This document shows positions 61,098-64,000 of a stretch of 64,000 nucleotides of DNA, one piece after another; positions within the stretch are counted from its first letter, which is position 1, and every line of letters begins with the position of its first letter. The DNA lies in contig CAWCTR010000014.1 of the NCBI GenBank assembly GCA_963798485.1, positions 96,001-160,000 of the forward strand. The letters run 5' to 3'. The notes beneath the pieces are model-generated. The model was not told the DNA's origin and made no database searches. It worked only from the letters and a program-made list of their open reading frames with translations. A program made the position numbers and the translations under genes. The DNA comes from an uncultured delta proteobacterium (lineage in GTDB: Bacteria > Desulfobacterota > Desulfomonilia > UBA1062).

Positions 61098-61727
61098 ATG
61101 ATTGCTCAGAGAAAACCAAAAACCTTTGGTTACCTTCGTGTCTCAACCTCCTCTCAGGACACAGAAAAATTCAAAGCTGAGATCCTAAGCTTTGCTAATA
61201 TTCACGACTTCGGCAAAGTAGAGTTCATTGAAGAAACAGAATCAGGGAAGAAGCACTGGAGAGAAAGAAGGTTAGGGGAACTTGTGGAATCTCTTCAGTC
61301 AGGAGATCATATTATAGCTCCCGAAATGTCTAGATATGGTCGCTCAATGTTAGAAGTTTTGGAAATCCTCAAGGTATGTAAGGACAAGGACATCTCTGTC
61401 TATGCGATCAAGGGTAACTATTCCCTCAATGGGTCTATGGAATCTAAGATCGTTGCCACTATCCTGGCATTAGTGAGTGAACTGGAGCATGATTTTATCG
61501 TATCCAGAACTAAAGAAGCATTAGCTGCTAAGAAAGCTCAAGGAGTCATTTTGGGTAGACCAAAAGGTCCTGGTAAATCAAAACTAGACCAATATAAGCC
61601 TGAGATAGAGGCACTTCTTAAAAATGGGTCTACAAAAGTATTTATTTCAAAGCGTTATAAAACTACCCCTGCAAATCTTTACAATTGGATGAAGCAGAAT
61701 AAAATTATCATCAATAAATCCAAATAA
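61098..61727 (+). CDS. Serine recombinase (resolvase/invertase family)
   Basis: GYLRVST..QD, EMSRYGRS, SRTKEAL..KK..G..LGRP. Confidence 0.93.
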   Translation: MIAQRKPKTFGYLRVSTSSQDTEKFKAEILSFANIHDFGKVEFIEETESGKKHWRERRLGELVESLQSGDHIIAPEMSRYGRSMLEVLEILKVCKDKDISVYAIKGNYSLNGSMESKIVATILALVSELEHDFIVSRTKEALAAKKAQGVILGRPKGPGKSKLDQYKPEIEALLKNGSTKVFISKRYKTTPANLYNWMKQNKIIINKSK

Positions 61728-62001
61728 GACCAACTGGAGATTAATAATGCCTATTATAAAAACTATAAACAGTAGAGATATTACTTTAGTTCAAAGATCA
61801 GGACAACAGGATGGTCAACAAGATAGTCAGTCTGGTGGTGGGTGCCATACGACTAGAATAACAATAGAGACAAGAAGTAATATGTCAGGTCCAGAAGGGA
61901 AACCAAAAGATAATGAAGTAATAGGTGGTCCCCTCTGTGCCAATGAGAGTGAGACACTTTCCCCCCAATAGTTTAGTGTAGGGCGGGAAGGGAAAATATG
62001 A

Positions 62002-62508
62002 GTGGAAAAGAAAGAAGGCATGATTAACGGTTCTAATCTTAAAGATGAGGAAATGGAAGGAGCCCGTAGGGCGACTGGAATTTCCTCATCTTTGGCCCCT
62101 CACAGATCCAGGGGCATCAGTGTTGTTCCAGATCCGGAGGTTCCGGAGAAGGCGACCCGAAGGAGATTTACTGCGGAATACAAGCTCCGTATCCTCAGGG
62201 AAGCACAGGGCTGTGGAGATCAGCGCCAAGTTGGCGCCCTTTTACGCAGGGAGGGCTTGTATTACTCCAACCTGACCACGTGGCGCAAGCAGGTGGAAAA
62301 GGGGACATTGGAGGCCCTTACCTCAAAGAAAAGAGGGCCCAAAGCCAAGAAGCCAAATCCGTATGCCCGCCGCATCGCAGAGCAAGAAAAAGAGAACTTG
62401 AAGCTGCGTTCACAGCTGAGAAAAGCCGGGCTCATCATCGAGGCTCAAAAAAAAATTGCGGCACTCTTTCAATCACACCTGGATCCGGAGGAAGGGGAGA
62501 TATCATGA
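62002..62508 (+). CDS. IS3 transposase OrfA
   Basis: RRRFTAEYKLRIL, GALLRREGLYYS.L..WR. A9 slippery run at 62447-62455. Confidence 0.9.
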   Translation: MEKKEGMINGSNLKDEEMEGARRATGISSSLAPHRSRGISVVPDPEVPEKATRRRFTAEYKLRILREAQGCGDQRQVGALLRREGLYYSNLTTWRKQVEKGTLEALTSKKRGPKAKKPNPYARRIAEQEKENLKLRSQLRKAGLIIEAQKKIAALFQSHLDPEEGEIS

Positions 62509-63515
62509 AAATAACAACTTCTCTTGCCATGAATGTAGGTATCAAGCGGGCTTGTCATGCACTGACGGTTTCCCGTGCCGGGTTTTATCGGTGGAAGAAT
62601 CTTTTTGAGAACGAGAAACCTGAATCTGTCCGTGCGTTGCCACCTCTGTCCTTGTCCATGGAAGAGCAGCTACGGGTTCTTGATGCGCTTCATGAAGAAC
62701 GGTTCGTCGATAAGACGCCCCAGGAGGTGTATGCTTCCCTTCTGGATGATGGCATGTATCTGTGTTCGGTCAGGACCATGTACCGGCTTCTGAAAGCACA
62801 TAAGGAAGTCAAGGAAAGGAGAAACCAGCTCAGACATCCTGTATACACCAAACCGGAACTCCTCGCACAAGGGTCTAACCAGATCTGGTCCTGGGATATA
62901 ACTAAACTAAAAGGACCGGCCAAATGGACCTACTTTTACCTTTACGTTATCCTCGATATCTTCAGCCGATACGTGGTCGGCTGGATGGTTGCCTCCCAGG
63001 AATCCGGATCGTTGGCAAAAAAATTGATCGAACAATCCTGCGAGAAACAGATGATCCAGGCAGACCAACTGTGCATCCATTCCGATCGGGGTCCCAGCAT
63101 GACATCTAAACCGGTCGCGTTCCTGCTTGCAGACCTGAGCATCACCAAAAGCCTTTCCCGGCCTCATGTCAGCAATGACAACCCCTACTCGGAATCTCAG
63201 TTCAAGACAATGAAGTACAGGCCGGAATTCCCGGAAAGGTTCGGCTGTATCGAAGACTCCAGGTCTTTCTCCCAGGAATTCTTCAACTGGTACAATACCG
63301 AACATTACCATTCAGGAATCGGATTCCTCACCCCGGAGGATGTCCATTATGGTCGGGCAGAACAGATTATCAAAGATCGGCAGACTGTTCTTAATGCCGC
63401 ATTCGACAAACATCCGCAGCGCTTTAAGGGCAACATCCCAAAATCTCTACCCTTGCCCGATGCCGTGTGGATTAACAAACCAACACCATTTGCGGACGAG
63501 GAAAGTCTACACTAA
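62505..63515 (+). CDS. IS3 transposase OrfB (DDE integrase domain)
   Basis: WSWDITKL, DIFSRYVVGW, HSDRG, SNDNPYSESQFKTMK. ATGA overlap with OrfA; also reachable by -1 frameshift. Confidence 0.92.
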   Translation: MKITTSLAMNVGIKRACHALTVSRAGFYRWKNLFENEKPESVRALPPLSLSMEEQLRVLDALHEERFVDKTPQEVYASLLDDGMYLCSVRTMYRLLKAHKEVKERRNQLRHPVYTKPELLAQGSNQIWSWDITKLKGPAKWTYFYLYVILDIFSRYVVGWMVASQESGSLAKKLIEQSCEKQMIQADQLCIHSDRGPSMTSKPVAFLLADLSITKSLSRPHVSNDNPYSESQFKTMKYRPEFPERFGCIEDSRSFSQEFFNWYNTEHYHSGIGFLTPEDVHYGRAEQIIKDRQTVLNAAFDKHPQRFKGNIPKSLPLPDAVWINKPTPFADEESLH

Positions 63516-64000
63516 ATGTCTTATGAAAGTGTCTCATCCTCATTGACAAGTTCCGGTCAATCTAGTTCTAATCCTGAGGATGAGACATACATATCAGAGG
63601 TTTCAGATATTGAAGCAGTAATGGATAAGATAGATAATCAAAATGCTGTCATATCAGGCATAGCAGAGTATGGTGAAGAACCTGTTGGGTTTAGCTTTCT
63701 AAGTAATGCCACATTAATTCCAGCAGTTAGTAAAGAAATAAAGAAATGGCTTAATTTGTTCCGCATAAATAATAACATAGAACAAACATTATACTCTCCT
63801 GGCACTCCTCATAGATTAATTCCCAACCTTTGGGGAAGGGAACTGACGTATGCAAAACAAGATACAAGGAGAAGGAGCAAGATTGATAAAGTAGTATGCT
63901 TTATCTTGGATCTAAAAGGGTCAATGGACCCAAAACTTATTAATGTTGTAATATCAACTATTAGTCTAACTCTTCGTAAATATGAAGTGATTAGTAAATA

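Larger units (their letters stand above)
61931..63554 (+). mobile_element. IS3-family insertion sequence
   Basis: IRs TGCCAATGAGAGTGAGACACTTTC (61938) and its near complement ending CATTGACA (63548). GGTC duplicated at 61927-61930 and 63555-63558. Confidence 0.9.
61747..64000 (+). pseudogene. VWA-like domain gene interrupted by IS3 (continues past window end)
   Basis: Removing 61931-63558 restores one frame: ...EVIGG-QSSSNPEDE...VVCFILDLKGSMD (MIDAS-like). Confidence 0.7.

Overview
Chromosomal segment of an anaerobic, selenocysteine-using bacterium; gene content suggests Desulfobacterota/Syntrophales or Desulfomonilia (inference). Bases 1-42,450 are core or metabolic genes. They include tig, a tRNA methyltransferase, a dCMP deaminase/dcd-like/thyX operon, two class I HMG-CoA reductase paralogues (one fused to an extra domain and paired with a stand-alone DUF2156 aminoacyltransferase), and a two-component system upstream of an AOR-SCP2-ADH-SCP2 operon. 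They also include a UGA-recoded selD with its LysR regulator, beta-oxidation genes, a sigma54-driven double beta-propeller surface protein, mutL-miaA-ttcA-yciO-rng, and an Aur1-like PAP2 gene convergent with a YghO/bCerS-like acyltransferase. A 23-bp tRNA 3'-end copy at 42,454-42,476 marks the left edge of a genomic island that runs past the window end. The island carries IS4, IS1634 and IS3 (all with target duplications), a small HUH Rep-like gene, a GT-C plus O-acyltransferase cassette, two serine resolvases and several broken genes. The most striking unexplained signal is a ~10 kb block (about 50,820-60,950), starting at a res site, from which the trinucleotide GCG/CGC is almost completely purged in all frames while other CpG contexts persist. 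All counts are manual; no database searches were run.
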